DNA of 62,062 nucleotides, the filler included, from Babesia bigemina (taxonomy: Eukaryota), in the NCBI RefSeq assembly GCF_000981445.1. It is 10 parts of 10 records of this genome, joined end to end, with 100 filler letters (N's around TTAATTAATTAA, not from the genome) between each part and the next. Parts side by side here need not be neighbours in the genome. Positions count along the whole stretch, not along the records: positions 5,093 to 13,152 come from NW_012236998.1; positions 13,253 to 18,973 come from NW_012236999.1; positions 19,074 to 25,298 come from NW_012237000.1; 7 more parts are not named here. One strand, written 5' to 3'. The notes below the pieces were generated by a model that saw only the letters and a program-made list of their open reading frames with translations, did not search any database and was not told where the DNA came from. Position 1 is the first letter of the stretch. Every line of letters starts with the position of its first letter. This document shows positions 12,013-23,200 of this stretch, one piece after another. The position numbers and the translations under genes were made by a program.

Positions 12013-12069
12013 CAAGTTATTGTAATGGTTTATAGAGGTCATAGCGGTATTATGGCGAGGTGATTCAAG
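12013..12069 (-). promoter_or_regulatory. Conserved ~57-bp cassette leader (CTCGAATTACCTCG..TA.TACCGCTATGACCTCT.TA.ACCA....AATAACTTG); copies at 14327-14383, 19991-20047, 20126-20182, 25927-25983, 36300-36356(-), 39013-39069, 58551-58604, 58683-58739, 61956-62011
   Basis: Same element between the 22-bp array and every visible ves 5' end; function inferred. Confidence 0.7.
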
Positions 12070-13152
12070 GGATGTAGAGTGGAGTAAGGGGCGATGTAGA
12101 GTGGATAAAGGGGCGATGTAGAGTGGGTTAGGGAGCGATGTAGAGTGGATAAAGGGGCGATGTAGAGTGGGTTAGGGAGCGATGTAGAGTGGGTTAAGGG
12201 GCGATGTAGAGTGGGTTAGGGAGCGATGTAGAGTGGGTTAAGGGGCGATGTAGAGTGGATAAAGGGGCGATGTAGAGTGGATAAAGGGGCGATGTAGAGT
12301 GGGTTAGGGAGCGATGTAGAGTGGGTTAAGGGGCGATGTGGAGTGGACAGAGGAGCGATGTGGAGTGGATAAAGGAGCGATGTGGAGTGGGAAAAGGGGC
12401 GATGTAGAGTGGGTTAGGGAGCGATGTAGAGTGGATAAAGGAGCGATGTAGAGTGGATAAAGGGGCGATGTAGAGAAGGTTAAGGGGCGATGTAGAGTGG
12501 ATAAAGGGGCGATGTAGAGAAGGTTAAGGGGCGATGTAGAGTGGATAAAGGGGCGATGTAGAGTGGGTTAGGGAGCGATGTAGAGTGGATAAAGGGGCGA
12601 TGTAGAGTGGGTTAGGGAGCGATGTAGAGTGGGTTAAGGGGCGATGTAGAGTGGATAAAGGGGCGATGTAGAGTGGGTAAAGGAGCGATGTGGAGTGGAT
12701 AAGGGAGCGATGTAGAGTGGGTAAAGGGGCGATGTAGAGTGGATTAAGGGGCGATGTAGAGTGGATAAAGGGGCGATGTAGAGTGGGTAAAGGAGCGATG
12801 TGGAGTGGATAAGGGAGCGATGTGGAGTGGATAAAGGAGCGATGTAGAGTGGGTAAAGGGGCGATGTAGAGTGGATTAGGGAGCGATGTAGAGTGGATTA
12901 GGGAGCGATGTATAGTGGATAGAGGAGCGATGTAAGGTGGGTAAAGGAGCGATGTGGAGTGGGTTAGGGAGCGATGTGGAGTGGATAAGGGAGCGATGTA
13001 GAGTGGGTTAAGGAGCGATGTGGAGTGGATTAGGGAGCGATGTAGAGTGGATAAAGGGGCGATGTAGAGTGGGTTAGGGAGCGATGTAGAGTGGATAAAG
13101 GGGCGATGTAGAGTGGATAAAGGGGCGATGTGGAGTGGATAAGGAGCGATGT
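12070..13152 (-). repeat. 22-bp tandem repeat (CCACTCTACATCGC[C/T]CC[T/C]T[T/A]A[T/C] in gene orientation) upstream of ves gene
   Basis: GAGCGATGTAGAGTGGGTTAGG / GGCGATGTAGAGTGGATAAAGG units on + strand. Confidence 0.97.
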
Positions 13153-13252
13153 NNNNNNNNNNNNNNNNNNNNNNNNNNNNNNNNNNNNNNNNNNNNTTAA
13201 TTAATTAANNNNNNNNNNNNNNNNNNNNNNNNNNNNNNNNNNNNNNNNNNNN

Positions 13253-14326
13253 ATCCACATGGCCCCTTATTCCATTCCAATTGGTCCCTAACCCAATTTA
13301 CATCGTCCCTAATCCACTTTACATGGGTTCCTAACCCAATTTACATGCCCCTTAACCCATTCAAATGGCTCCTTAACCAGTTCACATGGCCCCTTATGCA
13401 TTCCACATCGCTCCTTTATCCACTCTACATCGCTCCCTAACCCACTTACATCGCCCCTTACCCACTCCACATCGCCCCTTATCCACTCTACATCGCTCTT
13501 TATCCACTCTACATCGCCCCTTATCCACTCTACATCGCCCCTTTATCCACTCTACATCACCCCTTAACCCACTCTACATCGCCCCTTTGTCCACTCTACA
13601 TCGCTTCTTTATCCACTCTACATCGCCCCTTTATCCACTCTACATCGCCCCTTAACCCACTCCACATCGCTCCCTAACCCACTCTACATCGCCCCTTTAC
13701 GCACTCTACATCGCCCCTTAACCCACTCCACATCGCCCCTTACCCGCTCTACATCGCTCCCTTACCCACTCTACATCGCCCCTTTATCCACTCCACATCG
13801 CCCCTTTATCCACTCCACATCGCTCCCTAATCCACTCTACATCGTCCCTTTATCCACTCTACATCGCTCCTAACCCACTCTACATCGCCCCTTTATCCAC
13901 TCTACATCGCCCCTTTATCCACTCCACATCGCTCCTTTATCCACTCTACATCGCTCCCTAACCCACCCTACATCGCCCCTTTATCCACTCCACATCGCTC
14001 CCTAACCCACTCTACATCGCTCCCTAACCCACTCCACATCGCTCCCTTATCCACTCTACATCGCTCCTTAACCCACTCCACATCGCCCCTTAACCCACTC
14101 TACATCGCCCCTTAACCCACTCCACATCGCCCCTTACCCGCTCTACATCGCTCCCTTACCCACTCTACATCGCCCCTTTATCCACTCCACATCGCCCCTT
14201 AACCCACTCTACATCGCTCCCTAACCCACTCTACATCGCTCCCTAACCCACTCTACATCGCCCCTTAACCCACTCCACACCGCTCCGTTATCCACTCTAC
14301 ATCGCCCCTTAACCCACTCTACATCC
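13253..14326 (+). repeat. 22-bp tandem repeat array
   Basis: CCACTCTACATCGCCCCTTTAT / CCCACTCTACATCGCTCCCTAA units; first ~150 bp degraded at the contig end. Confidence 0.96.
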
Positions 14327-14353
14327 CTCGAATTACCTCGTCTTATTACCGCT

Positions 14354-17300
14354 ATGACCTCTTTAGACCACAATAATAACTTGTGCCTTGTCACCCTTCA
14401 CTTCCCTTCTTCCACCTCCTGCCACTGCCCTGACCATGTGCCGCCTAGGGAGCCTGGCAAGAAATTTGACAAAATTTAAAACCTTAAAATTACCTCAAAT
14501 AACAACCCTACTAACATCCTTAATAACCTCTGTTCCGGCCTCGAAACCTTCCTCGGCTTCAATCCATCCTCCAAAGGCTACACTGGCCAGGGGATTGTCT
14601 ACTCTGACTTGGATAGGCTTAGTGACGGGGTGATGGGATTTTTGAGTGGTATTCTCAGTAACATCAAAGAGCATTTAGGGCAGCATAAAAATGAAATAAA
14701 TATTGCAATTGAAGCTCTTAAGCAAAATAAACACGCCGGTAAAAACGGTTTTAATGTTGCGATTGTAAAGGTGGTCGCAGGGGTGCGGGGGTATAATGGT
14801 AATGTAAAGTCTTCTAATGAAGCAGTGAAAAAACCAATTGAAAAACTAAAAGAAGATATGAAGAAGTATACAAAAGGAAAATTAGATGAAATTAAAGATG
14901 ACGCAGACGTCGGTGATTCTGACCTTTCTGATGCTGTTACCGGAATTGGTAAAAAGTACAATGAGTTTATTAACTCAACTTTTGAAGTGCTGACTGCGTT
15001 GTCAAAAGCCGAAGAAGGCAGCAAAGCAATCAGTGATCTCAATCATAATTGTAAGAATAAAATTATTAATGCTGAAAAGACAATCAGGCATGAGTATGAT
15101 ACACTACAGATGACGTTTCAGAATCAATACACAGACTTAGAGAGATGTATTAATAGTGTGAATAGACATTTCAGTGCTCTTGAGCAACGGGTGAATAGTC
15201 TGGCAAGAGATCAAATTACAAAACTGGTAGATGAGATTAAAAAAGAATTGAGTAAACGCAAGGCGGATATAGAAAGCGAAAAAAATAAGTTAAATACATG
15301 GTTGAATGATACGACAGCAACAAATGATTCGAAATCAGAAAAAGAGGTACTTGAGGACAATTGCTCCAATGTTACGAAGGGTGTGGCTACATTCTCGGTG
15401 CAATATACAACGGTCAATACACAACTTAGTGCCATTAAAAAAGTTGTACAGGATACTGAAGGGACGGACAAACTTGAGACTTTTGTTGAGCAGATCGCAG
15501 TTGCAGCTCAGCAGGTTGGTAATGATTTGGGAAATCATATTAACACCTTGAATGACTGGATGCAGAAAGCCAAGCACGCCGTGACAAATGCTAAAGGAAA
15601 AATGGAGCAGATTGTAAACCTTTTGGAAGATAAACAGGAAAACGGAAAAAAAAGTGATATTAGTAAGGCGGCCACGGAATTACAACAAAAAGCGCAGTCC
15701 CTTCTGACATCCATGAAGGGGGCCAAAAGTGAATTGAGCCGTTTGGTGGGTTCATTACCCAAAACCCTTGATACCATTTTGAAACCATCCATTGCCGCCG
15801 ATCTAAAGGATCTTAGAGATGGAATTAGAAGGAAAGTCGTGGAGTATTTCGAAGAGTTAGGGCTGGCGAAATTCGGTGAAGCGGCAGGGAATACATTCGG
15901 TGGTAATGTTCAGATGCTGAAGTTGAATGGCCGGTTTAAGGATTGGCTTGAAGCGTCCGGTAAAGGTGGACTCAAATTAAAAAATTCCTCCAACAACCTG
16001 ATAGAACACGCATCGTATGCACGAAAGGCACTACTATACGCATTGGATTCACTAAATGCAAAACTCGACACAGACCATGGTAAATCTGGTTTCAACGCAA
16101 TGCGAGAGGACGTTGATGGTAAGATAGATGAGGAGTTTGGCGCAGAAAACAGTCCGTTGAATAATGCTGAAAAAAATCACATGAAAGCTTATAAAGGAAC
16201 TCAGGAGCAGGTGTCGCAGAAGATTAAGCAAATCGAGACCGACGTAAATGATAATCATTTCAAAAAATTCGATGATGGCCAGATTGCAAAAATTGATGAA
16301 GGAGTACTAACGGAAGCCCTCAGAAACGTTAATGACGCCATCGGTGGCTTCACCAATGCCCTTAGAGAGCTCATCGATACGAAAAGTGATCATAGCACCA
16401 ACATGAAATATTATCTCACGAGGCTTGATGATATGCTTTGCGATAAAGGCTATACAGCCTCTCATCGTCTGTCAGGCACGTCGGTCCAAGGTTTTGAAAA
16501 CATTACGGCACAGATCGCCAACCTTAAAAAAAACGATCTGGATACAAAAAGCGGCAGAATCTATGATAAGATCAGCACCGTCGCCAAACAAGTATCATCA
16601 CTTGAAGAAGCTTCCAAAAAAACCACTGTACCCGACGAGACGCTGATAAAGCTTGTCGACAGCCTGCCCGACGATATGGGTAAGCTTAGTTCAAGTATTG
16701 AAGGATCAATTCAGGTAATTGAAGAAGTTAATAATAAGTTAGGAGCATGGTTGATAACTGTCGCAGCATACATTGAACGCCTTAAGGAAGTCGGAGAGCG
16801 ACATATTCACCATTTTGCCACTAAGCTTAAACAAGAAATATCGCTCACATCATCCGCCATTACCACCGAAATTCGAAAACGTTACGTTCGCTGTGTAAAA
16901 AGACAACTTCGATATTTTGCCGACACGATCACCAGCGAGCTTAGCGAGCTGCCCACCCTCATTGACACTGACCGACACATCGGCTTTAAAGGCTTCATGG
17001 AGAAGTTTTATGGCGATTACGTCGATACGTTGAATGATGAGAATATTAAAAAACTCAGTGATCTTGCCACGGCGGCGACCGACTCACCTGCGCAGAAGAA
17101 ACAAGCGTTCGAAAAATTATCCTCCGCCTTCGCTGCCTTCTACCTCCCACTCAACAAGTATCTCCTCGAAGAAATTACACGTGTAAACGAGTCTGAGAAT
17201 AATAAGAAGAATCCCGTTGCCACTGATAAACAACTGTATGGACGTCAGCTCTTCCGAATTTATGACTCATTGAATGAGTTAACCACCCACATTAAGCAAA

Positions 17301-18973
17301 GGCATAGGTATGATTGCATGGTACCCGGGATGCTTGATAAGCTCGGCGCTGCAATTGACGGACTGAAGCCGGACGGATTCTCTCAGCCTAGTACGCCGAT
17401 CATAGATTGTGTCTCCAGCGGTTTTACCAGCCTCGTCTACGAACTGCGTAAAGCGTACACATCGGTGTATGATTCCCAACAGTTCGATAGTAAACTGGTT
17501 GAAGAGACCGGTACCGAAGTCGTCTACAGCACCAAGGTCTATCGGATAGAGGAGTTGACAACGTACGGCCGGAAGTGCGCCAAAGTATGTCTCAGCATTG
17601 TGCCCATTGTGACCGACGCACTAAGTGACCTCAAAGAGAAGCTTGACAACGAAGACGGGAAGTGGAAGAAATATAAGATATATAATTCCGGTGAATCCCA
17701 CCACAGCCTCCATCGGCTGTTCTTCACTGACCACGGTTACGATCCTGGTCTAGCTGTTAACGCCGAGCATGGCGAGTTGAATCATAGAGATGAGTGTATA
17801 GGTGAGCGTATTCTGCGTCATCTTAAAACAGGTGCTAAAGCCTTGTTCACTTCCAGTTCCACCAAGCACCCTTCCAGTCCGGTTACCGATGACATTGCCA
17901 TAGAAGAGGTCCACGAGGGTGGCGTGATTGCAGATCTATTTGCCCACCGTAAGACATACATGGAAGTCTGCCACTTAATTCACATCGACAAACCAAGAAC
18001 GCCATGTAATGTCTACGAAATGTTAGTTTGGCTGACTGGGTTACCACATCATCAGGTTTATGGCAAATTGGAGGACCATATTAAGACGCGTTGCGTTAAG
18101 CCCAAAACACTGCAGCACTTGGAATACAGCAAACTACACAATACAGAACTGAGGCTGGAACAGACTTCGATGATAACGGCACACGTTATAATGCAAACAA
18201 TCGAGAACGTCTGCACAAATGCACCTACGCTCCTCACCACGATCCTCGGCACCGGAGATGAGTTAACCGTCTATGCGTCTGACTTCTCCAACAATGCGCT
18301 CAGGTTCACGTACCCAACCAGTGGTGAAGATTGCCTGCATACGTTCTTAGACATTCTCCGCCGGCTGTGGTCCGTTCTCAGATACTTGGAAGGGCAGTGC
18401 GGTCACCCGTCATCAATCTACGGATGGCGTGACTGCCAATACGGCAAGGCAGTCGACCACTCAAATTGGCAGTGTGAGGACCACCCAAGAAAGAAACCAA
18501 CGTGCCAAGCAAATTTCCAACCAAAGTGCCAGGCAGCGTGCCAACCAAACACCCAAGCAAATTGCCAGCCGGCTTCTCCGTTGATGAGCTACTTCAACGA
18601 CTGCCTACCAGGCCATCTGCCTCACAGGTTGGAATCAATCGGTTGCAAATCAGAATGTAAAACGTGCTCCCCAAAATCGAAGGGGCAGCCCTGTTTGACG
18701 CCACTTGGTTTCAGAGCTTTCTCCGGCTCCACAAAACCCGGCAAGGTGCTCTGCAAAATCCTGGATCAATTCCTGAATTCCGATGACGTTTCATGCTTAT
18801 TTGCACTGGCGCAGAGTCCACCGGCGACATTGGCGGAACATTTCGGCTTTACTTTGTCGCTGGTGAAAGGGTGGCATGAGAGTACTAGAAAATTACAGAA
18901 CAATGGGTTCCAATCAGTGTTTATAAAATCATATATAGCAATCTATAGTCTCTACAGGAGACGGTACACTACT
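14354..18973 (+). CDS. ves1: ves-like gene, 3' truncated by gap; leader ATG 14354 in frame but TAA at 14477-14479
   Basis: MTSLDHNNNLCLVTLHFPSSTSCHCPDHVPPREPGKKFDKI*NLKITSNNNPTNILNNLCSGLETFLGFN, then open frame to the gap with SPLMSYFNDCLPGHLPH and CLTPLGFRAFSGS motifs. Confidence 0.85.
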
Positions 18974-19073
18974 NNNNNNNNNNNNNNNNNNNNNNNNNNN
19001 NNNNNNNNNNNNNNNNNTTAATTAATTAANNNNNNNNNNNNNNNNNNNNNNNNNNNNNNNNNNNNNNNNNNNN

Positions 19074-19990
19074 CTTTACCCACTCTACATCGCCCCTTTA
19101 TCCACTCTACATCGCTCCTTTATCCACTCTACATCGCTCCTTTACCCACTCTACATCGCTCCCTAATCCACTCCACATCGCCCCTTTATCCACTCTACAT
19201 CGCCCCTTAACCCACTCCACATCGCCCCTATATCCACTCCACATCGCTCCCTAACCCACTCTACATCGCCCCTTAACCCACTCTACATCGCTCCTCTACC
19301 CACTCTACATCGCTCCTTTACCCACTCCACATCGCCCCTTAACCCACTCTACATCGCCCCCTTATCCACTCTACATCGCCCCTTTATCCACCCTGCATCG
19401 CTCCCTAATCCACTCTACATCGCCCCTTTATCCACTCCACATCGCCCCTTACCCACTCCACATCGCCCCTTACCCACTCCACATCGCTCCTCTATCCACT
19501 CTACATCGCTCCTCTATCCACTCCACATCGCCCCTTAACCCACTCTACATCGCCCCTTATCCACTCTACATCGCCCCTTTATCCACTCTACATCGCTCCC
19601 TAACCCACTCTACATCGCCCCTTTATCCACTCTACATCGCCCCTTTATCCACTCTACATCGCTCCTTTATCCACTCTACATCGCTCCTTTATCCACCCTT
19701 CATCGCCCCTTAACCCACCCTACATCGCTCCCTAACCCACTCTACATCGCCCCTTATCCACTCTACATCGCTCCCTAACCCACTCTTCATCGCTCCCTAA
19801 CCCACTCTACATCGCTCCTTTGTCCACTCTACATCGCTCCTTTATCCACTCTACATCGCTCCTTTACCCACTCTACATCGCCCCTTAACCCACTCCACAT
19901 CGCTCCCTACTCCACTCTACATCGCTCCTTTACCCACTCCACATCGCCCCTTTACCCACTCTACATCGCTCCCTTATCCACTCTACATCG
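19074..19990 (+). repeat. 22-bp tandem repeat array
   Basis: Same unit as 13253-14326. Confidence 0.97.
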
Positions 19991-20226
19991 CTCGAATTAC
20001 CTCGCTGTAATACCGCTATGACCTCTATAAACCATGCCAATAACTTGTCCCTTGTCACCCTTCCCTTCCCTCTTCCACCGCTTGCCACTGCCTTGTCCCA
20101 TCATGTTTACCCTAAGTCCACATCCCTCGAATTAGCTCGTCTAATTAACGCTATGACCTCTATAAACCATTATAATAACTTGCTGATACTGACCATTCTC
20201 TTACTGACGATGCTACTAAGAAAGCC

Positions 20227-23200
20227 TTGCAGGACATTGAGTCCAAGCTCATTAGCCTTGGTCACCTTGCTGGCCAGCTTGGAGGATTTGTTGGTGAGGG
20301 TGACAGTGTTAAGAAAGCCGTTCAAAAAGCTTTAGATATCCTTAATAAGCAGCTTAAAGAGTGTCAAAACTCTAAAAATAATCTTCCAAATTCTCATGTT
20401 TGTCAAGATCCTCCGAATTGTCAGAGCATCAAGGAGAAGATGGAGAAACTTAAGAGCCTTAAAGAAGCAAATGAAAACGACAAAAATAATCCAAATGAAT
20501 TGCTTAAAAATCTTTGCACTGGCCTCGAAAAATTCCTCGGCTTCAACAAAGATTCAAAAGGCTACGACGGCAGTGGTATTGTGTACTCGGATCTGGACAG
20601 GCTGTCTGACGGGGTGATGGGATTTTTGAGTGGTGTTCTCAGCAACATCAAAGACCATTTAGGGCAGCATAAAACACAAATTAATGAAGCTATTGAAGTA
20701 CTTAAGCAAAATAAACACGCCGGTAAAAACGGTTTTAATGATGCGATTGGACAGGTGGTCGAAGGGGTGGGGAGGTATAATACTGCCGTCTCAGTGTCTA
20801 ATAATCTCGTCAAACAAGAAGTAAAAAAACTCAATGATAAGGTAAGTGATGCATTTTTGAAAAGCGTAGATAATGTTTTAGCAGAGATGAGAGATAAGCA
20901 GAATAATCTGATACCGTACCAAGATAAGCAAGTCGAGCAGGCTGTCGGACAGATTGATGCCAAGTTGGAAGAGTGCAAAAAAAATGCTACAGCATTTATT
21001 AATATCACAGACACTGAACGTAGCGTGATTAAAACATCAATTAATGACTTAAATAGCGATTTGAAACATAAGCTTGAGAACGTGCGTAGGACAGTTGAGT
21101 ATGAGAGCGAGCGGCTGGGGAGGGTGAAGGAGCAGGAAAGCAAGGAGTTGAAAAAGACTATTGAGAAGATTGGTGAAGTGATGCGCACTTTGAAAGTGGA
21201 TGTGGATTGTAAAATCGGTGAGGATGTGAGAGCGTTTGTAAGTGCGTTGAAAAAGAAAGTTACGCCTATTAAGGAAAGTTTGACTGATGCTAATAGCAGA
21301 CTTGCAAAGTACGTTTTCAGCTTGGAACAGTGGATTGTTAATGCGGAAAAAATTATGAGCGATGCAGAAAAACAGGTTAACATAATATTGTCGCAGATTG
21401 AAGAAAATAATCCGCACAAAATTCCTAAACAGATCAACGAGGCGGCGGAGCAGATTGGGTTAGCTGCGCATCAGCTTTTTGATGTTGGTAATGCTGCGAC
21501 GGATAAGGTGGGAGAGGAAGTTAAACAGGCGTTAGAAGCCTTAAAGACAATGAACAATGCGCTTAAGTATGATCTAGGCAATGTGAAACATGAATTACAA
21601 ACCAAGGTCAATGATGTAGTCGAGGCTATTGTGTCGCTTGGGAGACAGTTTAACGACGGTAGCTCTGTGCTCGGCCGCGATACGAGCGATTCAGCCGCCG
21701 CATACGTAGACAAAAAAATCAAACAGGTAACAGACATGCTCGAGGAGCGTCTACGGTGGGATGATACGAGTAGTTCACGATTCCCAGGTTTGGGAAATGG
21801 AGAGGTGAAACTTGAAAAACTATCGATGTATAATAAGCACGTTAAACAGAATGACTTATCGACCGATAAGCCGCTTGAAGGTCTCCTTCCAGATGCCATC
21901 AAGAATATTCAAACCCAGGTGGAAAATGCTATGCAAGCTGCCGCAGATCCATTCAGCGGAATTCAATCGCTCAGCTCTAAGATCACCTACAACCTCCAAG
22001 CATTGTGTGACGCAATCAGGAAAGCTGCCGACACCGATAAGGAAAGCGTTAAGAAGAAATTGACCGAGTTGAAGGAAATTTACTTCGCCAACTATGATCC
22101 TGAGAAACCTAAGGAGGGCACGAATAGCATTAAGAAAATACAATATGATCTCGAAAAATTACGTGATCCCGTGTCTGAGGCCCTCAAAGGCGCCACCGAC
22201 CTACTTGACTCATACTTAGCCAAAGCCGATGAACACTACACTCAACTAATTTCAGACCACGTCAAAAAGGACATCCAAAAAGCCACCGACAAACTCACCA
22301 CCCACGCCCGCAAAACGTACGTCGAGTCCATCAAATTCCTGCTCACGGAGTTTGCCGGCAAGGTGAGGACTGAGTTAAGGGATCTGCCCAGGGAAATTGG
22401 TGCGGACTTGAAGATTGGATTTAAAGGGTTCATGAAAGACTTCCACGTTCCTCTGACTAATGATTTGAGCAGCAATGATTATACTGTTCATAAGTTATCA
22501 TACGCCTTTAAGCTCTGTTTCGGGCCATGGCAAATGCTGCTGGAACGTGAGATCGACAGAGTGGATAAGGAGGAAAGGAAAAGAAAGAATCGCGCGCCGA
22601 CAGTTTCTGAGGTTACGTACACTAAAAAGCTTAAATCTGTTTTCGGCGCACTCGATGACGTGCTCATGCACTTCACCGGCAAGAATGGGTACGACCACGA
22701 GACGCACGGAAAGCTTGACAAGCTCGAAGCTGAGATCGTTGGACTTAAACCAGAAACTTTCGCCAAGCCGAACACCGCCATCCTCGACAGCATCGCCGCG
22801 GGACTCACCAAATTTGTTAGTGAGATGAGAAGCGTCTATGTATCAAAGTATGATCGTGCGTTGCTTACCGATGATTTGACGACTAACCATCGGATTAAAG
22901 TCACAAGCGAAAAATCTGAGGATACGTATGATTTAACAGCGTACGGCAAGAAGTGTTCGAAGGTGTGTCTCACCGTGTTTTCGATTCTTTTTAATGCTTT
23001 GGTCGAGATGAGGACAGTATGCGGTCAGGTTGGGAATGTCAAGAGAATCTATGCGTCAACCAGCGACAAAAAGAATCCGCTCGGTGATTTCTTCAAGTCG
23101 AATGGTTACGATGTTGCCACTGACTCTTTGAAGCAGGACGGTGAATTGCGTAACCATGGGGAGTGTAGGAGCCATAACCTCTTGGAGCTGCTTGTTGCTC

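Noticed and set aside
12070..13152. True telomere
   Set aside because: TTAGGG occurs only inside a 22-bp unit, and complete arrays are internal between genes.
12008..14354. Head-to-head ves pair around a large inverted repeat (LAT-like bidirectional promoter)
   Set aside because: The inversion centre is an artificial linker (13153-13252), so relative orientation is arbitrary; same for 52439-52538.
20018..20335. 105-aa ORF with hydrophobic LLILTILLLTMLL as a ves signal peptide
   Set aside because: Out of frame with the ves ORF; the same bases read DTDHSLTDDATKKAL in the ves frame.
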